The position numbers and the translations under genes are program-made. The notes below the pieces were generated by a model, which had not been told where the DNA came from, made no database searches, and saw only the letters and a program-made list of their open reading frames with translations. Below, one piece after another: positions 36,901-45,650 of a stretch of 64,000 nt of DNA (position 1 is its first letter; every line of letters begins with the position of its first letter). Origin of the DNA: a virus (Duplodnaviria > Caudoviricetes); IMG/VR virus record IMGVR_UViG_3300030433_001577, positions 389 through 64,388 of that record. One strand, given 5' to 3'.

Positions 36901-39900
36901 CATTTGCTTGATTACTTCGGTGATGAACCTTTACATATAATACTGTATCAACAACATCAGCACCTTCTTGTAAATCATTCCATGTTCCTGTATCAAAAAT
37001 AATTACATTACCAGAAATTGAATCAACATTTCCTATTAAGTAGGGCGTGTTGGGTAGGCTAGTAGGGTAATAGTATATGTAATATTCATATTGACTTTGA
37101 TACCATGCAGTTGTAGTTACCTCTAATCGTTTTGTAGTTGAAGTTGTAGTAGTAACCTTAACGTCTACATTATGTAGACCTGCTTGTGGAAATGACTTTA
37201 CTAATAAACAGGGGTCTACACCGTCATAACCTTGTCCCGTATGGGAGGCTCTAGAATCTTCTGTGCCGTTATTATTAACATCATAATTTTCATAATCCAC
37301 TTCATTAAAAAGCATATCAATTGTTAAATCAGTTAATCTCATTAAATTAAATCTAGTTTTATCACCATTTGATGATGAAATAGGTTCAATGTGATAGTCC
37401 CCGTCTTTTCTAGAAGAAATATTAACATGTAGTGGCGAAACGTAATCTGTAAAATTATCTATACCGCTATTGGAATTTTCGTTATTAGGTGTTTTCTTTC
37501 TCTTAAATATAATAGAATAGTCGTCTAAATTTCTATCTGTATAAAAAATATTATTTTCGTTAGTTTTACTTTCTGGATAAACGTCGCCCAAAGAAAACAA
37601 ATGTAGGGAAACTGCTGATGGGTCATGTAATTCTAACCTTCCTACATACTCGTCTAAATCACTAGTAAATCTATTTCCATAATATACAGGGGAACTATAA
37701 TACCAATTGGGGACTCTAGTAATATCAAAAAACTTAGAACCTAAAGCGGGCAAAATACCCGTCTGTTCTTTTGGTAGTCCTTTCATCCATTTGTTAGAAT
37801 TATCGGCATCGAAATCAAAGGCCGTTTTATTAAGTTTATATGCTGAAACGTAAAAGTTAAAATTTTTGGTATTTTCATAATAATCGTTTCTAGAATATAT
37901 TCCTGCGCTATAATCATTTAAAGTAAATCTATCGTTAAACGCAAGTGAATATTTATTAGAATACGGTTGCAATAAAAGCATATTTTCTTCTACATGTAAA
38001 TTAGCATATCTAAAAATAGGTTGTGAATATCTTAGAGCGTATTGAGATTTTACCGTAGAAGAATAATCGGGGTCATCTGAAAAAATATTATTGAAAGTTT
38101 TTGGACTTTTATCTGAATTTTTATAACTGCTTAACAAATGTAGAAAACCTCCATCTGGTAAGCCTTGACCGTTAATTAGTCTAATGGGTTGATTGGTATA
38201 TTCGGTGGTATTAACAAAAACATCGTTTCGATTATCTGTAACCATACCCAAAACAATAGGGGACACATAACCCAATTCATAACTAATTGAACCGTCTATG
38301 TTATTCTCACTATTAATAATATTTAATTCTGGAGTGGAGGCGGGGATATTTAGGCTAGTTTCAAAACCTAATGGGAAATCTAGATATTCACCATCACTAT
38401 TGACTATTGGTGCTACAAAATTATTAATGTCAAAACCGTTTTCTACTCCACTTTCTTTTTCCAGAATTAGAAGGTTGCTATCTCCTGTTGAAGTAAAACT
38501 CCTCCCGCCACCAAATACAATGCCTTTATCTAATGTTCCTGCTATACTCGAAGCCCTGTTAGTAATTCTAGGGGTGGTTTCTAAGTTTTTAGAAGGTATA
38601 ATAGATTTTCTTATTCTGTGAATTCTGTTACTATTTAATGTTGTAGAACCTATGTTCGTTAAGTCGGTTATATAACAATCCTTCATAAGTGTAACTTTAT
38701 TTGAGGGGCTATTAGATACAGATTTAACTACCCCCAAAACAACATATCTATCACCACTCAGGTCAAATGCTATTGTATCACCATAAGATAACTGTGTAGT
38801 GGGGTCTTGAATAGTTGTTATTTCTTTACCAGATATACTATTAGCAATTAGGGAAACATACTCTAATTCAGCAGAACTTGTAGCGTCACCAACTAGTGGA
38901 TTAAATGTAGTATAAACAAATTCATCACTATGAACGTAGTTTTTATCTAAAGTGGTATTAAGTAATTTGCTAATTGAATCACGGCCTACAATCTCATATT
39001 TAAATGCCTGTTTAACATCAGCCTTTTTAGTTTCAACAAAGCCATCAAAAATAGGATTATTTACAATGAGTTTTCCTGTAATAGAATCAGTTAGATATTT
39101 TCCACTAAAAAAGTTTGAAGAGGGTCTTGAGATAATCTTTGTATATCCTGTATCTTTGTCTCCTTTATCTACTTCTAGAATAACGCTATCCTTAGAATCT
39201 TCTAGAATATATTCAATAGAATTAACATCTGAATCTGATTGTATGACAGATATTCCATTTCTACTGATTGTTTCAAAGGTAACACTTCTACTACCCGTAT
39301 TATTGGGTAAAGTGCTAGGTGTTATGTCAGTTCCTGCTATTGAAGTAATTGTTGTGCCTTTAGCAAAAACCGAAGATATAATTACATCACCCACCGATAA
39401 TTGAGCCGCCTCGGAACTACTTACCGCTATATTACCTGTAAGTCCAGAACCTGTTCCCGAAATACTAACAGTTGAAGTAGTATCGAGTGATAGGGTAATC
39501 TGTGTATCAATTTGATGGTCAGCCAAAAATGTTTGAGATACGGGCGACCATGTTTTTCTATAAGCCTTCTTTGCACTAAATGTTTCCAATGTTCCGACAG
39601 AACTAAACGCATTTGCGGTTAATAATCTTTTATGGGTAACAGTTACAACCTGTTCTCCGTCAGCAGGTGCAGTAATTCCAGATATAACATAGTAATAATT
39701 TTCAATAAATACAGGTTCATATGCACTACTACCGTCATACAACACCTTTCTCCAATCCTCTCCTGCAACTAAACCTGATACAGTAAATGTAGTAGATGTA
39801 GTATTAGTGCAATTTCCAGGTAACGCATTAGACGCAATACGGTCTAATTTCTTTTCATTAATAAATTGCTTAACCTTAAATCTTTCATATGTGTTAATTT

Positions 39901-40960
39901 TCTTATCTAAGATTTTTTCTACATCAAAAAATTTAATGGTAGCCATATTACCTTTATTTGTTACGGTTTTATTTACATTAACATAGTAGGGAGATGAATG
40001 TATTTGATTTTTTACGGGAGAATCTATAAAGGTAATATATGTAGATAACCCCCCATCAGAATCATAAATATTTTTAGACGAACCTGCCCAAGTTGTTCTA
40101 TCAAAAGTATAAGTAGAACCTTGTGCGTTATGGGAATTTATACTTCTGGGGGTAGATAAATTATCGTTTGCTCTATTATTATCTGTCAAATCTCCATGAT
40201 GTGTAAAGAAACCTTTATCAATAATCATATCTGATGACAATGGGGCAGTTTTAAAAACAGATTTTTTAGTCGCTGTATCATTAGTAGACTTTGTTAGCAA
40301 TGTGTATTTACGGTCATGGTCAAGTTTATCTCCCTCATAGAAATAAAATGTAGGTCTACTAACGTCTACATATTTATCATGTCTTTCTTCACTAGTAGCA
40401 ACATCGTTTAGTAACCCGTATGCAACTGCCACCATGTTATCATTTGTTTTTAATGGTCCTTTGTAAATCGCTACTTTAGTTCCAGCAGTAATATTTTCTT
40501 TTAATCTAGGGGTAAATTCATAATGATAATTATTACCGTCATATTGAACCTGCTCTGTAATTTTAGCCACATGATGTTTTTTTACATTATCGGCATATAC
40601 TATAATAAAAGTGTCATACTGATGTTCGCTTAACGTTAAACCCGTAGAACTGCCTGTATCAATTGTAACTCTATAACCTGGATTTTCAATTATGTTATCG
40701 GCATAATCAGCAACTGTGGAACTAACAGGAAAAAGTCTATTTAATAAACTACTTCCCACATTTGGCGCACCAAAGGTAGAAACATCAGCAGATTGAATTT
40801 CATAACAATAAATGCCTAGTGTGGTAGAGTTAGTAGAATCTTCGGTTATTACTCTCGGATTTACACTAGTTTTAATATTAAATGTTCCTGCACTTGGCGT
40901 GGCAGTAAAATCTGAGGGAATGTTTTGACCCTCATTTAAAACATATACATCGTCAGCCAT
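33908..40960 (-). CDS. Giant (2350 aa) tail tip/baseplate hub-central fibre protein
   Basis: Position after Dit-like and LamG genes; beta-rich; hub-like C-terminus (VIVIG...ADLKAIQYL...LKPGHII...YLVIE). Confidence 0.7.
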   Translation of the reverse strand: MADDVYVLNEGQNIPSDFTATPSAGTFNIKTSVNPRVITEDSTNSTTLGIYCYEIQSADVSTFGAPNVGSSLLNRLFPVSSTVADYADNIIENPGYRVTIDTGSSTGLTLSEHQYDTFIIVYADNVKKHHVAKITEQVQYDGNNYHYEFTPRLKENITAGTKVAIYKGPLKTNDNMVAVAYGLLNDVATSEERHDKYVDVSRPTFYFYEGDKLDHDRKYTLLTKSTNDTATKKSVFKTAPLSSDMIIDKGFFTHHGDLTDNNRANDNLSTPRSINSHNAQGSTYTFDRTTWAGSSKNIYDSDGGLSTYITFIDSPVKNQIHSSPYYVNVNKTVTNKGNMATIKFFDVEKILDKKINTYERFKVKQFINEKKLDRIASNALPGNCTNTTSTTFTVSGLVAGEDWRKVLYDGSSAYEPVFIENYYYVISGITAPADGEQVVTVTHKRLLTANAFSSVGTLETFSAKKAYRKTWSPVSQTFLADHQIDTQITLSLDTTSTVSISGTGSGLTGNIAVSSSEAAQLSVGDVIISSVFAKGTTITSIAGTDITPSTLPNNTGSRSVTFETISRNGISVIQSDSDVNSIEYILEDSKDSVILEVDKGDKDTGYTKIISRPSSNFFSGKYLTDSITGKLIVNNPIFDGFVETKKADVKQAFKYEIVGRDSISKLLNTTLDKNYVHSDEFVYTTFNPLVGDATSSAELEYVSLIANSISGKEITTIQDPTTQLSYGDTIAFDLSGDRYVVLGVVKSVSNSPSNKVTLMKDCYITDLTNIGSTTLNSNRIHRIRKSIIPSKNLETTPRITNRASSIAGTLDKGIVFGGGRSFTSTGDSNLLILEKESGVENGFDINNFVAPIVNSDGEYLDFPLGFETSLNIPASTPELNIINSENNIDGSISYELGYVSPIVLGMVTDNRNDVFVNTTEYTNQPIRLINGQGLPDGGFLHLLSSYKNSDKSPKTFNNIFSDDPDYSSTVKSQYALRYSQPIFRYANLHVEENMLLLQPYSNKYSLAFNDRFTLNDYSAGIYSRNDYYENTKNFNFYVSAYKLNKTAFDFDADNSNKWMKGLPKEQTGILPALGSKFFDITRVPNWYYSSPVYYGNRFTSDLDEYVGRLELHDPSAVSLHLFSLGDVYPESKTNENNIFYTDRNLDDYSIIFKRKKTPNNENSNSGIDNFTDYVSPLHVNISSRKDGDYHIEPISSSNGDKTRFNLMRLTDLTIDMLFNEVDYENYDVNNNGTEDSRASHTGQGYDGVDPCLLVKSFPQAGLHNVDVKVTTTTSTTKRLEVTTTAWYQSQYEYYIYYYPTSLPNTPYLIGNVDSISGNVIIFDTGTWNDLQEGADVVDTVLYVKVHHRSNQANDSKNQMLLTRDSVVPYYPEKTTENNHNYNKTVFFANSDYESDNASATAKDTFQESESGTFSSIVKTPMFIGKNGINSYTQMNRRISVLGVQDDPHPFKMTVNANVSGNTITLTDSNSRLTDFFKNHIETKIGTSFTNQYPNLGSWAGVGSGTIDGNGSDTLTFTGGAHNLQVGQVIRWGSSHTDVYVIIEVPTSTTIKVSPNHNSSSSITASSPTFTGVRQGLFTAQGQDEFFIEVSGLSNGPDNRLYKVVSNTDTTLTLKLIGSQDGTTLVTPSLATENGVNITIQGFSPSGNALSFISGDYNSNWVTDVNGRNEPLVYSHYPNSIIPHRAYNDSEDRLNFNNLDTVIAAFYDVPEMFSQHKPLPEQIKRHKGATLSGVVNEGKFTTNTNNIKEVSYVYKGPESAHTLWWNKTIMMDFATASQGIMGENYNVDATTNGTHIYAGEIFFRPFIKVTSSMRIDDGDDNTLTSTEEILKFDLARTPELVTKMDWINYCNNLTGCYFYNETQGELHKVISHEINRSEPNVLRHLIKIDNTGDLTDDDVLRPMRINQVCMYDFSPKTITLATPKIEYTKTCGEDKMQTYGINANRINAANDGTGMIMDTHNNGVKSMYVLIDPDGDLSSNFLETRNTTGIIIPSTISTSPIRMNATDGVNSFITSVSQLGSKQMQFSEVKKLLGTPSFGTTFTVTVSKSPAFTPTTACIGASFKIVDEIESAINDAFTINDISYTQDTEDDKYYGAFNFTGQSLYSAANNLLSYKNKEILVDGEEIKIVDKEDEKKYRNIVLSSKNSDFQITSISNDVSLLDNFDEVIVIGDGVRGIARNPISTTDTNRTVKTKEIYDYSILDQRQADLKAIQYLDVFNTANTSIEIEVADNVPFLKPGHIIELEFEEQNIPRGDYLVIETEKEFGRPTKFILSEYSKDLAGTFSLLLGEIRNLQGFTKQKVYTSTTIPRIKRDKVNIKFVKSTATLTSGITTTSTIGFGYTIGFNSEVGV

Positions 40961-42014
40961 CTAAATTAGCCTCCTCAAAATCCATATACAAAAGAGTTTC
41001 TTTAAACAATGGGTATAAAGTATTGGTGCTTTTAAATTGCGTCTTACCAATACCCATGATGGACAACTCATGTATTTCACCCATAAATTGACTCAATCTT
41101 CTAACAGTATAAGAACTACCGTTTTTATTTTGACCAATATAACAATCCGTTGTGTCAAAGGAAAAATTACCCCCTACACCATGAGTTCCAGAACCTACCA
41201 AGTCACCGTTATAAAAAATTTGCATCAGGCCATCAGCCGTATAATTAAACGCTATATGGTGAGGTGTATTTACATATAATGGCTCTTTTGGTAAAGAATA
41301 ATAGATGTGTGAACCATTTGCAGGTGTATTATCGGTGGTCAAAGCCTGTCCAATAAGAGTAACCGTGCTACCGCTTACCTGATTAATTCCACCTATTAAA
41401 GCCCCGTTATCTCTATACAACGTATATCCAACACCAAATTCTGGCGCACCGCTTAACGTAATAGTATTATTTGTAGCCGTGTCATTGCTAGAAGAAACAG
41501 TCCTAGAAGATTTTTTAGCAAAAGCCCCATGATTACTATAAAGATAATCTGTTGGAGATAAAGAAGAATCATCAATATTAGTCGGATTAATTACAGTAGA
41601 AGATTCTAATGTTGTTGTCGTTGAACCTATTTTTAGTGTAACTCTGATAGAATATTTAGCAGGAGTGCTAGGATAAAGTTCTGATTCTGTATTTACTAGT
41701 TCAATAAAGAAGTTATCATTATGAAAAATTCTCATCTTAACATCCTTTCTATTACCTTCTAAAATATAGGCTAACCCCTTTGTATCTCTTGATAGAGATT
41801 TTTGAGTAGCAGAAAAACCATCTGGATTTCCATTAACGTCATAAGGTGTAACAATTGCCTCAAAAGAAAACCCTCCCGATAAAGCCCATAATCCTATTTC
41901 TTGATTAGGGGTATTAGTATCAAATCTAGGAATTGTAATATAGCCATCGCACATTACAGGAAACTGTAATGACTTCCTATCTTTAGAAAATACTGTATAT
42001 GTCATGATAATCAA
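40953..42014 (-). CDS. Minor tail protein with LamG/concanavalin A-like domain
   Basis: FSFEAIVTP...HHIAFNY...QIFYNG...YIGQ...FMGEIHEL. Confidence 0.65.
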   Translation of the reverse strand: MIIMTYTVFSKDRKSLQFPVMCDGYITIPRFDTNTPNQEIGLWALSGGFSFEAIVTPYDVNGNPDGFSATQKSLSRDTKGLAYILEGNRKDVKMRIFHNDNFFIELVNTESELYPSTPAKYSIRVTLKIGSTTTTLESSTVINPTNIDDSSLSPTDYLYSNHGAFAKKSSRTVSSSNDTATNNTITLSGAPEFGVGYTLYRDNGALIGGINQVSGSTVTLIGQALTTDNTPANGSHIYYSLPKEPLYVNTPHHIAFNYTADGLMQIFYNGDLVGSGTHGVGGNFSFDTTDCYIGQNKNGSSYTVRRLSQFMGEIHELSIMGIGKTQFKSTNTLYPLFKETLLYMDFEEANLDG

Positions 42015-42703
42015 CCTGAGAAAACAAATGATTGTGTGAATGTTAGATTAAAGCCAATATAAGGCTGTCCTGCTATGAAATTAGTGCTAAATTGTTCTAC
42101 TACTCCCGTGATACCCCTGTAATCGCTAGATGTTTCGTCATCTGATGCGAAAGAGCCAATTTGGGCGGGTGAGGCATCTAAGGCTCTTGATTTGTAGTCA
42201 AAGGGGACTAAGGGGCATAAATCTTGGGCTGTATTTTGTGCTAGACCCGTTCTATACCCATAATCATCTCCAACTCTAGATGGATATAGAATAAATAGGC
42301 GAGAAAAGTTTTGATTTCTTTGAAAAGAAGAAGCGTCTACTGCTGAGTGCATTAATTGTGCAACCTCATAAGCAGTAAGATTTACTATCACTTCTGTTCC
42401 GTCAATATTCTTTTTAATAATCTGGTCTGTTATAATACCACTTATAGTAACGGATTTTCTAGCAACACCCAAGTCAATACTCAAAGCGGTAGATTCACCA
42501 GTAATTGTTCCAGAAAAGGGAATAGGGATTTGCGGAACTTGTCTACTTGTGCTTATTCCCACATCCTCAGCCTTCAACATAATTCTATTTGACAACGCCC
42601 CATTATCTGTATCATTACCTGCCGAGAATTGTAGGAAAACTGTGTGGTCTAAACCATATCCGTCTGTTCCTGCATTACTCATTACTGTTCTACTATTTAC
42701 CAT
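42011..42703 (-). CDS. Distal tail (Dit)-like protein
   Basis: Immediately after TMP; IDLGVARKSVTISG, terminal FNLTFTQ. Confidence 0.55.
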   Translation of the reverse strand: MVNSRTVMSNAGTDGYGLDHTVFLQFSAGNDTDNGALSNRIMLKAEDVGISTSRQVPQIPIPFSGTITGESTALSIDLGVARKSVTISGIITDQIIKKNIDGTEVIVNLTAYEVAQLMHSAVDASSFQRNQNFSRLFILYPSRVGDDYGYRTGLAQNTAQDLCPLVPFDYKSRALDASPAQIGSFASDDETSSDYRGITGVVEQFSTNFIAGQPYIGFNLTFTQSFVFSG

Positions 42704-42704
42704 A

Positions 42705-45050
42705 TTAACCCCTCAGTCCGCTTGAACTATACCTGTTCATTTCAATATTTATCTTTTGTCCTATCTTACGGGCAATATCATTAAGTTCTGTATCTGATGC
42801 TCCAACTCTACCCGTAACATTAATGTTAATTGTAGGACTCATCATTTTTGAAGTGTCTGCATTATTAAACACTCTAGAATTTCCAGGTAGTGAAACTAAT
42901 TCTGGTCCTCTTTCACCAACTAAAAACGTTCCACTATATGGAGTAATACCACCAGTAGAATAACCTCTAATTGTTGGTGGGTTCATAGCATTCATTCCTG
43001 TTTCACCTGCTAAACCATCGCCAATTGCTACTCCTAAATTACCACCTGCTTTACCACCTAAATATCCACCTACTAATCCACCAACTAAAGTTCCAACTCC
43101 AGGTGCAAAGAATGTTCCTACTTTAGCACCTAAAGCCGCACCTCCCGCAGCACCTCCTAATCCACCCAAGAAACCACCCACTTTACCTGCACCAGATTTA
43201 GCACTTCCCATTATGTCTGCAAAAAGACCCACTAATATTGATGCTAACATTCCTACTGCGGTCATGGCTATTGAGAAAAATATTTGACCAATACCCTTTA
43301 GTATCTTTGGCAAATTTTCTGTAATTAAAGTATTTATATTATCTTTTAACTTACTACTGTCACCTGTAAATAGAGCAACTAATATATTAATCAAATTGAC
43401 TATAATTCCAAATATACCGCCAAAGTAATTATACACACCGTCGATAAATGTAGATAATAAATCAATATCTAATACTCCCTGAAACTTCTCAAAATATTTC
43501 ATAGTATTTTCAAAGAAACCTGTTTGGTGTAGGGCAAAGACAGCCGCACCTAACATAAATAGCATAGTAGAAACATACATAAATACACTTAGAGCAATCA
43601 TACCCAATCTAATATAAAGTTTAACAGCGACTACTGATATGACTTTATTTAATTTATCAATGAAAAACTCCTGCAATTCTTCAAATCGTTTTCTTCTTTT
43701 AGCCCTTTTTGCTTTCATTTTTTCAAAGAACCCTAATTGTTGCACGTTTTCAATCAATTCCATTTGATTTTTATTTGCATCGGCTTGCAACAATTCATCA
43801 TCATCACTTCTAAGAGTTATAATATCTCTATCAGCCCCCGATTCTTCATTGAGTTGATTTACAGACTCTCTAAGTTCTCCTATTAAAAACAATTGTTCGG
43901 CCTTTAAATCTTCAACAATTTTATCTACACCTTCTAAAGCGGCCAATAGTGAATCTCTCTCCTTTCTAGCATCTCTAAGTTCTTCGCTAGATAACAGGGA
44001 ATCTTGAATTGTCTGTCTTTGAGCAATTAAATCTTGCCTTCTTTGTTCAGATTCATCTCTTCTTATCTGCAACATTTCATCAAATAACCCTTCTATGTAT
44101 TGTAATTGGTCATTAGAAGCACCTAACGCCACAGCCCTATCATATAATTCTTGAGCATTTTGAGCAGGGGCATCATATTCCCCCATAAATGTCTGATTAA
44201 GACCATCTAATGTATTCTGAATTTCAGTAAATCTAGCATTAACGATGTCATCTATTAAACCCCCACCACCTAATTTATCTATTTGTTTAGTGAGTTTATC
44301 AATAGTATCTTTAAACTCCTTTTGATTATCTATCTGATTTTTTATAACTCTTTCTCTTTCTCTCAAAGAATCTTGCCCACCCTCTATTTTAGTTCTTTTA
44401 ACAGCCTTAATTCTGTCACCAAAACCTAATATCTCTCTTTCTCTTAATCTCATTTGTGCTATATCTAAACTTTCTTCTTGATAAGGGTTAGTTATGCCCA
44501 TTTGGGCAAAAATATCAGGGTCGCCTTGATTTATCATAAACTGAGCCGTCTGTCCTCTAAGTGCTTTATCCCCGACTCTTCTCATTTTTTTAGTAGCCCT
44601 TTCTAAATCTTCTCTAGTTTTTAGAATTGATTTTTCTACCCCTAGAAACTTAATTCTATTTTTAATAGATTTATCTTGCAAAATAGCCTCACGGTCAAGC
44701 GCATTCATATCTTCTATTCTAAGTTTAGCCATTCTTTTCAAAATGTCCTCCCTTTTATTCATCAAAGTGTTAAATTCCTGCTCCCTCTTTGTTCTATTTT
44801 CAGCCGCCTTATCGAAATATCTGAATATTAACAGAACAGAAGTAAGTCTTTGCATTACTTCAAACAGACCTGTTCCTGTTGAAAATCTAGTAATAATAGA
44901 ACGTATAATACCGCCTTGAGAAGAAATACCAGAAAGCCTAGTTACCCTATTAACCAAAGTTGTAGAAGCCTCATCAGCCTCCATAGCCAATTGTGTAATA
45001 TCTGTTAATTGGGTTTTAAAATCATCCAAACTTCTTCTTAGTGAGTCCAT
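42705..45050 (-). CDS. Tape measure protein
   Basis: Long helical/coiled-coil, hydrophobic segments, Gly-rich repeats, GGITP...VGERGPELV tail; follows chaperone genes. Confidence 0.85.
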   Translation of the reverse strand: MDSLRRSLDDFKTQLTDITQLAMEADEASTTLVNRVTRLSGISSQGGIIRSIITRFSTGTGLFEVMQRLTSVLLIFRYFDKAAENRTKREQEFNTLMNKREDILKRMAKLRIEDMNALDREAILQDKSIKNRIKFLGVEKSILKTREDLERATKKMRRVGDKALRGQTAQFMINQGDPDIFAQMGITNPYQEESLDIAQMRLREREILGFGDRIKAVKRTKIEGGQDSLRERERVIKNQIDNQKEFKDTIDKLTKQIDKLGGGGLIDDIVNARFTEIQNTLDGLNQTFMGEYDAPAQNAQELYDRAVALGASNDQLQYIEGLFDEMLQIRRDESEQRRQDLIAQRQTIQDSLLSSEELRDARKERDSLLAALEGVDKIVEDLKAEQLFLIGELRESVNQLNEESGADRDIITLRSDDDELLQADANKNQMELIENVQQLGFFEKMKAKRAKRRKRFEELQEFFIDKLNKVISVVAVKLYIRLGMIALSVFMYVSTMLFMLGAAVFALHQTGFFENTMKYFEKFQGVLDIDLLSTFIDGVYNYFGGIFGIIVNLINILVALFTGDSSKLKDNINTLITENLPKILKGIGQIFFSIAMTAVGMLASILVGLFADIMGSAKSGAGKVGGFLGGLGGAAGGAALGAKVGTFFAPGVGTLVGGLVGGYLGGKAGGNLGVAIGDGLAGETGMNAMNPPTIRGYSTGGITPYSGTFLVGERGPELVSLPGNSRVFNNADTSKMMSPTININVTGRVGASDTELNDIARKIGQKINIEMNRYSSSGLRG

Positions 45051-45605
45051 TTCTCATACCCTCCATATGTTTAGCCTCTTCTTCTTTCTGAATTGAAAAA
45101 AGAATCATAAAGTCCCTTACCATGCTGTAAGGCAAAGAATACGCCTCAGCGGGACTAATATTAAATTCCTTAGCCAAGATATATAAAGTTATCCTTGATG
45201 CGATTAAAGGACTATCTACTTTATTTTCATTTAACGCTCGTCGGAAGGCACTTTTAAATCTTCATCCCCCTCTAAATCAAAGGGGTCTGGCAAAATTTCT
45301 TTAATCTGATTTCCAACATAAGGACTCAATCTCAAAATCTCAATAGCCGTAAGAGAAGGCTCAGTTTTATCTACAAACGCTTCCCATAGGTATCTGAAAA
45401 GGGTGTCCATTTCAAGGCTAATATCTTGTGTTCTTGAGTTGAGATTAATGAGTTTGGCCTGAGCCTTTTCCAATTGTAGGAATGTTGGCTCTTTAATCCA
45501 AACTTTTAGGTATTCTTCTGAATCTGGTGCAACCTTAATGTAATGCACTTTGGATTCAGTTGGTGCAAATAGCATATTCTTATCTTTAACTGTTTTTTTC
45601 TCCAT
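45022..45605 (-). CDS. Tail assembly chaperone GT, -1 frameshift product (~194 aa)
   Basis: Slippery T TTA AAA (45258->45252); -1 frame stays open 76 codons (SAFRRALNENK...LAKEFNISPAEAY...KKKFG) to TGA at 45022. Confidence 0.8.
45231..45605 (-). CDS. Tail assembly chaperone G
   Basis: 124 aa between tail tube and TMP. Confidence 0.8.
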   Translation of the reverse strand: MEKKTVKDKNMLFAPTESKVHYIKVAPDSEEYLKVWIKEPTFLQLEKAQAKLINLNSRTQDISLEMDTLFRYLWEAFVDKTEPSLTAIEILRLSPYVGNQIKEILPDPFDLEGDEDLKVPSDER

Positions 45606-45617
45606 AGAGTTTCCTCC

Positions 45618-45630
45618 TAGTTATACGCAA
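45618..45630 (-). promoter_or_regulatory. 13-bp motif TTGCGTATAACTA upstream of RBS
   Basis: Identical to 58910..58922; both intergenic and abutting a GGAG RBS. Confidence 0.5.
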
Positions 45631-45650
45631 GACTCGTCGGTTTATAACCC

